64,000 nt of DNA from Fimbriosthenelais zetlandica (GCA_977030845.1 OZ365111.1:45136001-45200000); one strand, 5' to 3'. Positions 11,001 through 26,000 are shown, counted from the stretch's first letter. The notes: generated from the letters alone by a model not told the origin. A program made the numbers and translations.

Positions 11001-14000
11001 GAGAGGAAAGTGTCAGTAGGTGAAGCAATACTTACCCCGACTGATGAATCATATCTTACTGTAGACGACCTCACATCAATCAGTCCTCTTTCACCACCTG
11101 CAGGTTCGTATTTAAATGAAAATCTCTTATTCTTAAGGGTCGTTAACACAGGATCCGTGCAAGCAGCGGACGCGTCCATTTCAGATCCGTGGCATCCACG
11201 TCCTAAAATACCAAATGGACGTATTCGCTTCTACAGACCCTGCATTTTCGAATTTTTATTACTAGAATATCATAATATTTAATGCGGCAAAGTGGACTTG
11301 TCAATGTACTTTTCCTCAGTATGTTTCCATGAATTGTCTTGAATTTATTAAAATTGTCTATGTGTACATCGATAATATATGACTCAGGAGCTGTCTGAAA
11401 ATAATCAGATGGTGGTCAATGACTTGTCATAAAGGATTCTATATAAACTCTACATATAAACTCTAAAATATTAAAATTCTGGCAAGCGTCTGAAGGGTGA
11501 ATATATTGAATGATTACTTTCAGTGTTGGAATGCCTCTTGAGCCGGTATGGTCGATCAGAGATCTATACTTGGGCTGGCCATACCTTGGTTGCCTTGAAT
11601 CCTTTCACAGAGCTGAATCAGCTGTGTGGTCCACCAGCAATATCCCACTACTTCCAACTTCACAAAGCTGAGGACACAAAGGTCAGCTCATCATTAATAA
11701 CTCAAACTCTCATTCATTACAACTCGATCGGTTCTGCATTCAGAACTAATTTCACTTTCTTCTTTTGATCTTAAAAGTAAATTTCCTCCATTATTCATCA
11801 CTGCTAGATTTGAATTCTTTTGGGCTATATTGTAAATCAATGGGTTGATGTAGCATTCTGCGTTCTGAATATGCATGACTTTTTTTTCCTTTGTATTTTT
11901 GTTATGGTCTTGTTTGAATTATAATGGCATTAAAATATTATCTTGATTGGTATGGATTATTCAGTTGAAGAATGTGTAATTTTTTAGTGCGGACCACCCC
12001 ACGTGTATTCTGTTGCTGCCAGGGCCTACAATGGTATGAGATGCGGAGCTCTTCATCCCGACCAGAGTATTATAGTCAGTGGCGAGAGTGGAGCAGGCAA
12101 GGTTGGTACAGTCATCTATTCACTTTAATATATGCCATACAGACAAATATAATTCAAAGACAATAAAATTGTACATAAAAAACTACAACAAAAACTGGCA
12201 TGGTCGGTGTTTCCATCTGTTCTATTTATATCAACCCTAAAAAATGGTTATATTTTCAAAAGATGATTGGAACAGAAATACATTTAATTAATAAGTATCA
12301 TTATCAATATGTCTTATTACCTGGTGTATTCAGGAGAATGAAAATGGATGAAGCAATCATTACCGGTACGTCGAATGACATGACCAGAACCCTTTATAAC
12401 CCTTTATGGCGTTCATGCCTACCGGATGTATTTTTAGATAAATTATATTGAATAATGAGCAGATGGTCTGGGAATAATATCTCATGTTACCTTATATGCA
12501 ATGTTCTCATTTCTGACCATCCCCGACCGTTTAATTACAGACAGTGAGTGCCAGACATTTGATGAAGTATTTAGTTACTGTCGCCAATCATTCTCCCATT
12601 GGGTAAGTACAACAGTCTTATTTTACATGCTATATCCACTCATTTCGAGACACTGTGTGTGTTCTCTGGGAGTTTTCTGGTTCATTTTAGCAAACGATGA
12701 AACAACTGCATTATATGGGCAGATTCTTGTGTTAAAGTACATACATTATTTATCAGAAAATGACATCAAATGTTGGTCGATAGTCAGTGACCTGCCCATT
12801 TATTTGATTTCAATATAGATTACAATGCCTTTGTGAAGAATAGCCTACTGAGTATTTTTATGACCAACTTATTATTCGCTGCTCATTTATCCAACCTTTC
12901 CCCACAGTCCTTTGTCAGAAACATCTGCCTAAAACAAGGGTCGTTCTCTGTTAAAAAATGTATCTAAAAACTCGCACCTACAGCATTAATCATCATTGAA
13001 ACGATAATGATGCATTAGAAATTCGTTGAAAAAGACATTTCTGCATTAGGTTCCCTCAAGGCATCTTGCACTTAAAATCAATTTCCTTTTATCGTAAAAA
13101 GAATACTGTGTAGATTTTCTCTCCCAAAATATCTTTTAATGCCAGAATCTGTCTACACAAAATGACTTTCCTCGTCATAGATTGTATAGTGGATTTTGCA
13201 ATAGACTTTACAGACTCTACTCTAGAACCAATACTGTACTGCTCAGTCTCATTGCAGACTTTAGCTAGTCCTCTTGGTCTGAACTCCCAATGTTAAAAAG
13301 AACATTAAAGATTGCCATGTTTCTAATCTGTTTCTTCTCTGAAGTATTTTTTCTGTTGCTTCATGCCAAATATCGCTTTAACATGAGAAGCCCGCGTTGG
13401 AGGGGGGAAATTCTGCACCTAAACATCTCTTGGCTGAAGGCATTGGGTGTGAGTGAGTGATGGGAGGGTTTTCTAATTACACGTCCAAGTGTATTAGTGG
13501 AGCGTGCTGGCAGGAGCTAGTAATTACTGCGTCTCTCGCCCACCTATAATTGAGACTACCATCAGATTCTGACCCTGCCTTGTGCACCTAATCATTTGTT
13601 GGCCCCGTTTGTCTGTGGGTTTCTCTCGCTAATTGGGTTTTTATTATTTGGATTTGGATTTCTGTCGTTTTGCCTCTTCATACATGGGTTTGTCATAAAT
13701 AGGCCATGATTTAATAATAGAAAAAAAGGATTCGCAGATTTACAGGTGTAGAATCATTACATGTCCCGAAGAAACTAATTTTTGCTTGAGGGGCCGCTTT
13801 AGGCGGGAATTTTTCTAATTGTTTGGTTCGCGGATTCGCCGATGCAAAATTTGACACGTGTGAAAACAAAATTAAGAAAATTGTTTCCACTATTAGCGTA
13901 GCCGCCGACCCTCGATCCTTTTTTTATTTTAGCTTCCGACCCCCTACGTTCAAAAATGTTCTACCTCATAAAAAATAAAAACGGTAGTAGTGCGTTTCCT

Positions 14001-17000
14001 ATGGTGCTTATAAATAGTGAGGCCCCCGCATACAAGAAAGATTGAAATATACACCCAAGATATATTGCTTTATATTGATTCTTTGGGTCTTCTTTAGCTG
14101 TCTATTCTATTTATAGATCTTAAGAAGACTTCACATGATCTACTCCCACAGTTGATATTAGGTTTAAAACCTCCTGTTATTCTCCAGATACTGATACTCT
14201 GTTGATATGAGATCTCCTCAAGCGTAATATATCCCCCCATCGCCATCCATCCCCGTTTTTTTAAACCTCATACCATTCATTTTATCTCCGTCCCCTTTCA
14301 TTTTCATAAAGAAGGCTGTAGGGTAATATGAAAGATAAAAAATAAGTCTGACTAAAGCACTTCTGACATTGAAGTATTCCTGGATCTTTGTACTTCTCCA
14401 CTGGCGCATGAAGTGAATAATTCTTGCAGTCCTTATGATCAATAGACGTCTCGAGGGAGAGCTGATTGGAGACAATGGATTCCTTTATAAGACACCCTCC
14501 TTATATTTTGTCACACACATTATAGACATCCAACTAAGTCTACAATTCATGTTTCTAAAATTAATTATTTGAGGCATTTAAAAATCCATTTTCAATTGGA
14601 TTCTTTCAACTTTTCTGAGTAGGCTGTCTTGTAATATTCTGCTTTCCTCCATGTTATATTGAATTCCAATACTTTTCCACTAACAAATATGTGAAAGGGG
14701 TGTCGACGTAACAAGTATGTGATTGGCTTCTCAGTTTAGGGCATATTGACAGGGCATCTAAATAGGTCCAAATCTAACATTGAACAGCAGAGATGAAATT
14801 TATGCATGTTGCTCAATATGATAGGGTAGGTTTGCTTGTTTATCACTGCTTTAGAGCATTCCATATACTGGCCAATCCACCAACGTCACTTCTCTAATTA
14901 ACTCAGATGTTTTTATGGCTTCATGCTTAATTTGCTGGGGTACATCTACGTTGTTTGAGCAATAAACAAGCATTTTCCTGGCTACAATGACCAATCATTC
15001 TGTGGCTATATCTGCTGGATGACTGTATTGTATGGACGGTGGAGACTAGTCCGCTTCCCAGAAGACCTTATCAGGATTGTCTAGGATAACATGGGCTGCT
15101 CCTGCCACAACTCTATTCTCAGTGCAATTATTACCTTTCTCTTGGATTGCCTCACCCATAAATACTGTTTGAGCTTGTCGAGCTCAAGGAGTCATAAGAT
15201 ACGGCCTCCAGCTCCCTGCAAGCAATTAGGAGCCTCTAATTGCAATGGACTGGTGCTATACTGAGCGACATTTTAAGTTATATTAGAGCATATCCTTGAT
15301 CGAATACCTCACGTTGGATATGGCTCTTTTATCTCAAAATGGATTTGATTTGACTTAATTGATTGGTGTGAGAGACAAGAGTTAAAGTTTAATGTCTTGC
15401 ACGTCCATACCGCCTTTCATTGCCCATTTGATGTATTTTTATATCTCTGTTATGTACTTCTTCCAAGCCCTTATTCTCTCTATGAGGATCGGTTTTACAG
15501 ACAAGATGGCTGTATATGTCCCAATTAATATTCTGCCTTTAAGCCGAGAGGTGTTTGAAATATATTGCCTGAGCCATACATATTCATGTACTACTTACAA
15601 AGACGTTTCACATTGTAGTGGTTAGAGTGTCTGCCCGTGTGTTGAAGGTCGCAGGTTCAAACCGCGGCCGGGTCATACCAAAACGGGACTAGTGGCTCCC
15701 TCGCTTGGCAATCAGCGAAAAGAGGGCAGTAATAGGACTGGTCGACCTGGTGTCAGTATAATCTAATTGGGTAAGGTATCATGTCATGTGCCTGCGACAT
15801 GATACCTCAGTGAGGCAACACTATAAAAGAACATGTGGCTCACAGTCACAAGTAGGCACCGTCATGATATAACTGAACAATTGTTAAAAGCGATGTTAAA
15901 CCCCATTCAACTAAAACTACAACTTGTTACCAAGGATGTTTCATTTTTTTCTCCGTCTCAATTTTTACCCGCCTTTATTGAGCTTATTTCGTGTTGGAGA
16001 AACTCTTTGTACACGGGACTGATTGTCTAGTATTCTTGTAATTACCTCCAGGACCTGTCAGAGTGTCTAGGGTCGAGCTTCAAGCCTCATGTCCATTCTT
16101 ATAATGAGAACGGTGGACATATACCCAGAGAGACTTCACCTTTATAATGTAAGCACCTCAAAATGTCCTGCTGACAGACAAAACAAGGAACTGACTCGAT
16201 TCTCCACTCTCCACTTGTCCGGGAGTCTGGCATTCCTTGCTGATTGCAGCACCAAAGCTTTTAAGCCCACTGCCTGCAGTACATGGACACTACGGGGAAG
16301 CAGAATCTAATTTCTTGAACCAGGGGCTGATCTGAAAGGGTGGGGGTGTGAGAATGTCGGAGATGACTTTTTATCCTTTTAAGATAATGCATTTTTGGGT
16401 CACAAGACCTAACCCTGGGTTTATCCCCCTGACCCCTCTGGACCTCCCCTGCACACCCCCTGGATCCACCCCAGTTATCATATTTTGTAACGGAGGACAC
16501 CTTTAAGCAATAATCTGCATGCTGTGGGACCATTATAAATTGACCCAGTAATGGGCGTGCTGGTCTTATTGGTCTGGACCTGGAGCCTCTCATTTGCCCG
16601 GCTCCATGTAACAGATGTGATTTGTTTGTGTTCATCATGAACTTTGCACACAATACCCTGCTGATAAAAACATTGCCCAATGTTTTGTCAAAAGAAAAAG
16701 TGAAATTTACTGGTAATCATTTTTGCAGGATATTACATTGAAAAACTAATAAATAATCCAAACATTTCCATTCAGCGAGGCAAGTATTTGCATTGTTGAA
16801 AATTTTATGATGCTGAAAGTCGCAAATAATTTAACCATGTGATTTAAGAGACTGGTTAAACAAATAACTCGTGTTAGCCTATCTATATTATGACTTATTT
16901 GCCGTATGAACACATTTGTTTAAAATTATGAATACAGTGAGTGCGAGAATATTCAAGACTAAAAGCATGTTCCGTATGCTCTTTAAATTTTGCAGTCAGA

Positions 17001-20000
17001 GGAGAATCAAAAGGTATTATTCTTATTGGTATTTGTTTTAGAATTTGTTTTATTGATTTTTTATCAATTCGTTAGGTATGAATTGATATTCGTAGAACTA
17101 TAGTTTTTGGTTTCGTTAGTATAAATTTAGTTAGAGTGTGTTTTTGCATGTTGGTGATATTTCCATGCATTCCATTTTTACATTACGTCATTCAAATTTC
17201 TCATTTCTAATTCATTTAAAGTTAAACTCTGATGAAATGAACCGTATATATGTTTATTGTATGTTAAATGTAAATTCTCAAATCTACCACATTCTAGGTA
17301 CCTGACTTTTTGACTGAATTGAGCTTAAGTATATGATTAGCTGTTCCATTGATGAACGGAATGTTCCATTCATCCGATACTGAACACATTGATTTGTTAC
17401 TTCCTTCATGTTCCGGAACTCGCTGCCCATTCACATTAAATATTCATTCTCCACACCCATGCATGCAACACATTAGGCATGAAACACCTTTTCATCCTTT
17501 GCCAAACACCATTAGTCTCACACCATAGCCCAATGTCTGCAAAATGATCCTCATGATCTGGTAGTATGATTAGTGGTGCCCCTTTAGGCACTATACAGGT
17601 ATCAATTTTTAACCGTTTACTGTCACGGGTCCTATATATATCTCCATCACCGTCATTAATGTTATAGGAATGAAAGTTTCGGCTGTGAGATAGAAAGGAG
17701 AATACTGAACTCAAATCCTATCCTAGAGGCCTTTGGTAAGTAGAATGTCTTTCTAATTTCTAATAAAAATTGCAATAAAAATTAAATAGCCTCTAGTGAT
17801 GACCACATTGCAGATTCCAGTGCATTGGACATTTTGTACATATTTGACGCAGTAACCTTAAGGAGATTTTCAGAAAATAATTCCCCAATTAAATAATGTG
17901 GACTAATCATTAGGCTATTTATTCTCCTTTTCATATACTCATGTTTCACTTAGTTTCCAAAATCTCCATGGCCTAGAATAGCTGTCCCAGAGGGCCCAAC
18001 ACTTCACAGGTTACAAACCTCCTTTTACCATGATCCCTCGATCCTCTTATCAATATTGAAAAGTCCCTTATGGTCAGTGGTGAGAAAAATACGGATGTCT
18101 TAGCCCTCTCTCCCCACCAACCCACCTCCTCACCTACCAAGCCATCTATATGCAAATTAGCTACATCAGACTCTCGTCGCCTGGTGATCATCTCGCGAGA
18201 GTTGCTCGCCCTGCCCTCATCTGCAGCTTGTCACTACATCTAATGGACTTACTTTCTATAAATAGCCCAACTCCTAACAGCTTAGTGTAGGGCGATCTTT
18301 TTAAAGCCTCAGCTTTGGCAGACTAATCTTTCAGGTCCTCGAAGCGTTTTGTTTTCGGGCAATCAGGGAAGTACTTGTCTGTGATTGCTTAACTGTCATA
18401 GGCGATAAAGACATTAAGGTGTCTGAATCTGTGGGATTGAATGGGGTTTTTAAGAAGGAAGAGAGAGAGAACGAGTGTTACACAGTCATAGATTCTGTCA
18501 GGATCAATAAAATTCTACTTCGGTCTTATGGGCACTGAGAAGGAGGACCTCTTCTGTGATAAGGACCTTTCCATTATAATATAAATTTATGATGTTTTTT
18601 TTTTCAGGTAATGCTGGCACACTCAGGAATGACAACAGTTCTAGATTTGGCAAATATGTAGAACTTCAGTTTGATAAGTAAGCATTTAATTATTTTACTT
18701 ATTTCCCTGCAGATTCTTCATTAAATCTTCAGATCTAATCTCTTTGATGAGGCTGGAATGCCAAGCTCTATAAATCTAAGAATCATAAACCTTAAATATG
18801 GATTGTATCACTCTGCTTTGATCCTTTGATTTGAGTCTTGGCATGAACAAAAATGATGTGCGTGTTTATATTCCAGGTATGGTTACGTTTCCGGAGCTGC
18901 TATTCAGACTTATCTCTTAGAGAAAACCAGAGTTGTACAACAAGGACCTAGCGAGCATACATTCCATATCTTCTATCAGGTAACCCCCCCCCCCCCCCCC
19001 CGAGCCAACCACCACCCTCCCACATACCCTCTACCACCCTCCCACCAAACCCTGCCTTTGATCTGCCTACATCAGTCATGAAACTAATATAGATGTTTCC
19101 AAGAACCTTCTCAATGAACCCTGTCTCCCTCACATCCCTTCAGCTTATATAAAGAAGAAACCTTCATGTGGGCTAAGTGCATTAATAGTAAATTGAAAGC
19201 CTCTGCCTTGGCTGGAAGAGAAAGCCTGTTTTTGTAGCATGCGCCTGTTATAAATGAAGGGGGTGTTATGGTTGGAGTGGTAGATGGGGGATTTTGAGCG
19301 ACTCATGTTGTACAACGAGTCGCTCGGTCACGCGACAAAGCTCTGGAATTTATTCATTGGCTTCGGGGGAAAAACAGTTGGAGCCAAGCGTTGCCGTTGC
19401 CTTTTTGTTGCCCTGGGCTATTTGCAAGGAGCGAGATTCACCACGCAACCCTGACTTAAAGCTTTCACTTTGTAGTGTTTTTTTCACTGGGATAAAAGGC
19501 AGGCTTTAGTGAAGCTGGCCTAAGTGCCATTTGATCACTGGCTGTCTAGCCAAAACTGCTTGGTAGTAGCATTATTGCAAAGTACGTGAGAGACAGTCTG
19601 ACAGAGAGAGGCTCGTGAAAGACCAAAGGACGAATCCTTACCTGTTAAGCTCAAGCTTTGATGATCATACTAGTATGATCATCCAAGCTGGAGCTTAACA
19701 AGTAGTCTAACTGAAACAGGTACAGGTGTGATACCTCTCAGTTATTTTTAAACTCACCAAATCTCACTCACTTGACAGTTTTAGATTCCATGGGATGATG
19801 TACATCTGTTACTTAACAGCATAATATACATACCAGTCTGGCACTGAGTGCTAAATCGATATTGCTACTGTCGTATATAATATTGAAATATTAGCCATAC
19901 GGTAAAAACCTCCATTAGTGAACCCCTTTGATTAAGGAACACCTCTGAACAGTGAACATTTTTCAGTCACGGGTTTTTGTGGTATCGTATAGGGGCCCTC

Positions 20001-23000
20001 TGATTAGTTCCTTACCACATCCTTGCACTTTTTTTAAAAAGTCCTCAAAGTTTTTTTTTCTATACCAACTTACTACGTTCTTTATGTTATAAATCTTTGT
20101 AAATTTAGTTTGTACTTTAGTGCTAATTAGCACTTCTCTCATAACTAAGCAAGGTCTATAACATGTTATCATTGAAGTTTTATGATCAATGTTTCAGTTA
20201 TTGGCTGGTCTTGATAGACAGAAACAAGACCATCTGCAGCTCAACTCTCTCACACTCTTTACAGAGGGCAGGTCAACAGGTAAAATACTATTGAGTACAT
20301 CTACTCTAATGGATTTATAATGTAAAGTCTTAGGTGATAACTTCCATTCCTTTGTTTTCTACAACTAGAGTTTTGGGTAGCATTATTTATAGATGTAGTC
20401 AGTCGGAGGGGATTCTGGGTTCTGTAACCCCCCTGCTCATGGATAAAATAAGATTTTCAACACTGGAGGGAGATGGAAAATGTATAGCAGTGTGTTTCTA
20501 GAGGCAACTGATAATTATTTAATATTATGCGATCACTGAAAGCTCAAAAACCACATTTTTGAACATTACTAAATTTCATTCAGATGATGATAAGCAGGCA
20601 TGGCTGGCCACTGTAGAAGCTCTGTCTAGTGTCCAGGTCTCGCACCATCAGCTCCAGTCTCTGCTTAAAGTAAGTTATGCTTCCCGGTAATTGGTGTCTC
20701 TGTACTGGTGCCTGGAAATGGTCTCCAAACATGGTACCTCCTGTCCACCAAGGCCATCTACTATTCTTCGTTTTAATAAAATATTGGTGCTTAAACATTT
20801 GGGACATTTAATTGTCAATATTAATATTAACATGTACATGTATTTTCAATGTATTCATTATGGAAATGTACAAGTTAGAACGGTAGTAAATCTCTTAATA
20901 CTGGAAGGAAAAGACAAATATTCAGGGGCTATCTGTTGGGCATTCTCGGGGAGATTTATGATGTTGTAAGGGGTCCTGCATTGAGAACCATACTGCAGGC
21001 CCCTTACAACATCAAGAGCATACAATACCCCGGGGCTCATATGATACGGGTAGATAAATGAATGTGTCTGAACCATTTTAATCCTGATTCAAAATGGGAC
21101 TAATTGGACTGAGTATACTTTCTCTAAAGATAGCGATAGCTTTCCATAATGTATTCTGTTTAAGTGATGAATAGGTGTTGTAGGTGAAGAAAGCACTAAG
21201 TGTTCTTGCATATAATGCAGATGGATGTATAAATTACTTGCAGCTTTTGAGTGCCATCCTTCACCTGAACCAGATTGTAATTAGCGTGGAGGAGGAGGAC
21301 GAGGATGTATGCTGTATTGACCCAGTAGATGGTGAGTTAGAGCTAAACCTCCTCATAGCAAACGACCGGGAGTTGGGAATTAGCCAGGGATGGCTCCCAA
21401 ATCCGTCTTCTCCAAGGAGAGCTTTCATGAATATAATTGATGAAGGGAAATATAATAGGAAAGAATCTAAATAAATCAGACAGAAGCAGTGTAGGAAGAA
21501 GGTCTGTGAAAATGTAGGAGTCAAACTCGTGTTTCCAAAATAATTAATATTCTTTTAGAATGTTATTTAAATAATGCAGTGGTGCATCGCATCATACGAC
21601 CACTAAATGCTCAGAACGAAAATAATGAATATATTCTGCTTAAGGATTCTGTACCCTGCTGTAAGGAGAAGCTTGCATGTTCTAACCTATCTTGTCCACC
21701 TTTGTTTAGATCTTGCTCATCAGGAGAGGCACACACCCTCTGAGATCACCTGCCAGCTGCTGGCCATCGACCAGACAGCTTTAGTGAAGGCCTTGACTCA
21801 CCGTCGTATAACTGCCTCTCACGCTCGCAGAAAGAGCGTTTTTGCTAAACCGTGCAGCCCGGCTGAGACTCAGGCACGTCGTGACTGTCTAGCTAAACTT
21901 CTCTATAATCAGTTGTTTGACTGGCTTGTGACAGTCATCAATCGGTGCATATATACAGACCAGATCCATACTACCATAGGTGAGTAACTCAGCCCATATT
22001 ACCATCAGCATTTGCCAATAATGTCAGTGGCCTATCAGCAATTGCCCATCAGCAATTGACCATCAGCAATTGCCCCCGAGCAATTGCCCCCACGCAAGTG
22101 CCAGCAGGTGTCTATTAAAATAATTGCCCATCAGCCATTATCAATTGCCAGGCCAATTAGTCACCAGTAATTGCCTATCGGCAATTGCGTTGCCTCTCAG
22201 CAATTGTCCATCTGCAATTGTCCTTTTGTTGTTAAAGTGTCAATCAGCAATTTCAATCAGCAGTTGCCTCTTCAGCAATTGCCCGGAAATCGCCAAATAC
22301 TCCATCAGCATTTCTCGGAAACTTTTTCTTAAAATTAGGCCTGCTTTTGTAGTTGTTAACTTCTCCATACTAACGTTTAACTTGTTGTTTGTACCTATGA
22401 TAATGTACCTTTTATTTCACCTGGCAGGTATATTGGACATCTATGGCTTTGAGAGTTTCCAGGTAAACAGTCTGGAGCAGCTGTGTATAAATTACGCCAA
22501 TGAGTGTCTCCAGCAGCATTATGTAACACACTTCCTGCGCGACCTGCAGGCCGAGTATGCTGAAGAGGCCATTACCTGGAGTGATGTACAATTTGTGGAC
22601 AACCGGCCCTGTCTCAGCCTACTGGAGGGGTGCGGGCCAGCCAACCCGGGCCTCTTCTCCCTTATCAACGAGGTGATGTTTAGCCCATTTATACAAATCA
22701 AAATAAAAACAGATTAGATTAACACTAAGATTTGTATTCCATTTGCGACCGCTGTGAATTTGTTCTCGTTCTCTTACCCCAAACAGAGCTGCTAGGTTTC
22801 TGGAAAATCACATATTCTTACTCGTTATATTGGGACTTATTCCAGATGAAAATTATTGAATATTGCTGCTATGGGACATACTTAGGCCTATAGATAAAAA
22901 TAACATATCCTGCTGATGTAAATTTAATGTAATTTAAATATCCGGAGATTGTATGGCATTGTACATGTAGTGCTAATGAGTTGTGCCATTTGTCAAGAAA

Positions 23001-26000
23001 ATCTGTCCTTTTGAATTACTTTTAATGCATTTTCTCCCTTTGGTCTGCAGGAATGTCAGGTGAATCGGCCTGACGGGGATGAAGGTTTGAGAGACCGTCT
23101 TCTCACCTCTCTGGGCAGTGGTAAACCGGGCCACAATGACCCAGGTAGACGTGACTCTAGTCCTCCTGGTCAGCTTGGTACACCCCGACAAAACAGAACT
23201 GACCCCAGCTTTATAGTCCAACACTACGCCAGCCCGGTCACTTATAGTCTGAGGGGACTCCTGGAAAAGAACAAGGTAAATCTTATATTATCTGTAGTTG
23301 GTCTAAATAAAATTTTGGTTGTCTATGTGTTATGCCCAAGCAACATATTAAACAAAATTTGTTCCTGCTGTTCCTATGGACTTTTCGGACTTTCAGAATT
23401 TTCCTGTTGGACTGGCTGCAGCATGTGCGTCTTTGAAATTAATTTCATGTTAATTTGTGCTGCTTTCAGGACAATGTCCCGCCTGAGTTGGTTGAGTTAC
23501 TACAGAACAGCTCTGAGAGTTTCATTGTAGAACTCTTTGAGAATTATGAGACAGAACAACCGGGTAAGAAGAAGAAGACTGTGCTGGCAAAGTTCAAGGT
23601 AATATATACGGCTATTACTTTATTAATATTCCCTTCATCATCTAAGAGCTGCTAGTTTTTCAGCTCTAATTGATATCTCTGGTATATTTATCTCGCTCGT
23701 TGCTGTGAAAAAGATGAATAGATTTGAGATGATTGAGTAAAATAGAGGGAGATTTCCTATTATCCTGCTCTGATATTGATGATGCTTTTTAAACCCCCAT
23801 CAGTCGTCACTTGACCATCTCATGGAGGCGTTGAGCCGCACTGAGCCTCACTATATCCGCTGTATAAAGCCCAAGGAGAGCAGCTCCCCCGCCGCCCCGG
23901 ACCAGGCCTTTGTAATGGAGCAGCTGAGAGCCTGCGGTATAGTGGAGACAGTGGAGGTAAACAGGAAAGGCTATCCTTCAAGGTGAGTCCAATGACAGCC
24001 GTTACTCCAAGGGTGCAGTCTCCCCATCGCATTAATCAACACACTATACTTCACGTGTAGAATGCTTACCTTGCATTTACTTTTGATTGTACCTAATACA
24101 CAAATAGACTCCAGATGCAAAGAGGTGGAACCTCCTCTCTAGGATTCTCCTATAATAAATTTAAGTAGGTAATTTGAACCCCCAGCAACCCTCCCCCCCC
24201 CCCCCCCCCCCTCCCACCATTCAATCCAAAAAGGAAGTCATTGAAATGAAAAAATCGTTACTTCCGCTCGAGTGCCATTCTTGGTATAATTTGTTCTTAT
24301 ATAAAGATCCACCTTTTTTTTTAAAATAATGAAAAAAAGACTATTACTTCCTGCAGAGTGCTATTCTGGCCGTTCATAAATTGTTCTAAGAATTTTTTCT
24401 TCCATTGTTCCGCCCCCACACCAATCTCCGCCCCACCATGGTAGGATAATAATCAGGATATTGTCTGACGTTTTATGTGATATTCTTTGGTAACCTTGCG
24501 GGGGCAGACGACCATAGTATAAGAGCGTAGTATGTATTTAACGATACAGATGCCTATGAAACATGCATGAGAAGAAGGCGTCCATTCTCTTGTATATGGC
24601 CAGCCAGTGCTTGTAAACTGATCGCCTTTCTTTCCCTGCCCCACCACAATCTGCTGATATAGGATACCTTATGAAAGATTCCTTCAACACTACTCCCTCA
24701 TCCTGCGCTCAATGCCCGAGGAGGAGCTCCAAGTGACCAGCGGCCAGCCAGAAAGATGTAACAAAGAAAATGAACTGGTTTTCGATCCGCTTGATGTTCT
24801 CTATCAAAAACAACTCCAGCTCACCCCGCGAAGACAAAGCGCTACAGCGAAAAGAAAGCTTCGACGGAGGGCAGGTGAGAATATAATAATTAATTATATA
24901 TGAGCTTGGTTATAGATTGGTCCATGATTCTATACTTCATGGCAGTGTTCATTTATCAATCACATTTGCTTGAATTAATTTTTAAAAGTTCCCTAGCCAT
25001 TGTGTGTATGTTTGCCGGAATTTAAGTTAATAGATTTGTCCTAGCCTTTCTTTTTATTTACTAGTCGATTTCGCCTCTGTTGATTTGTTTTGCTATAGCC
25101 CCGGGTTCCATAGAGATAAAAGAAAGCAAAGGTTGGTTTCTTTGCTGAATTTGTGGCTAATAATTCCAGTCAAGGTGCTTTATTGCTTTATTTTATATCA
25201 TTCTTTATTTGGAAAACCTATAGGGGTTTTCCAAATAAAGAATGACATTATTATGCATAAATTAACATAAGTTATGTATAAAGTTATAGGGGTTTTCCAA
25301 ATAAAGAATATACGTATCTAAGCCCATGCCACACCCTGAGCCTAAAGAATATGTTTGATGGGCCAGTGATCAAATACTATATTCCTACTGCTTACTCGGT
25401 TTAAAAGTACATGTAACTTATTGTAAGTTATACAAATGAGCACATTACATAAGGTAACTTTGTTGCTTGATCCAATGAAGAAAATTGCATTATATTGATT
25501 GAAGAGAAAGCTTATTCGGCATCTGCTCTGCTATCTTTATGGTGTTATATAATATGTCCATAGGTTGCCGTTATGGTGGTGGTAAGACATTGACATTGTT
25601 TTAGGGTTGTTCCTTTTCCTATGAGCTCCATGCTTATACTCATTTACTTGTAGTGATTCGTTGATAAAGCTTACATTTTTAGTTGAGAAAGTTTAGGCTT
25701 CAGATTGGCTTTATGGACAGCACTGCTTTATATTCACGAGATTAAATATAAATGAAAATGATTAAATTGACATTATTATGCATAAATTAACATAAGTTAT
25801 GTATAAATTAACATAAACTATGCATAAATTAACCAATTTCCTCAAGCAATGGTAGTCTTTGTTTTACACGTCTAGTAATGGTAAGATGGGTTATATGTTA
25901 TGTAATGTAATACTTATGATCATGTACTTTGATTAGCCTACCTCTCTTTAATCTACAGGACTTTCTAGCTGTGACCACACCCGAAAGCTTACCGCGTCCA

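Noticed and set aside
12850-15400. Broken coding-like frames on the minus strand of the large MYO19 intron
   Set aside because: Many stops and no diagnostic RT or transposase motif recognised; probably an old relic, but unassignable.
16261-16680. 139-aa minus-strand ORF in MYO19 intron
   Set aside because: No homology recognised, TTG start, runs through a small GC-rich repeat.
18191-18200. Perfect TCTCGCGAGA (BANP-type) palindrome
   Set aside because: Isolated intronic occurrence with no promoter context.
25219-25830. Short local duplications (TGACATTATTATGCATAAATTAACATAAG…)
   Set aside because: Ordinary AT-rich intronic duplication.
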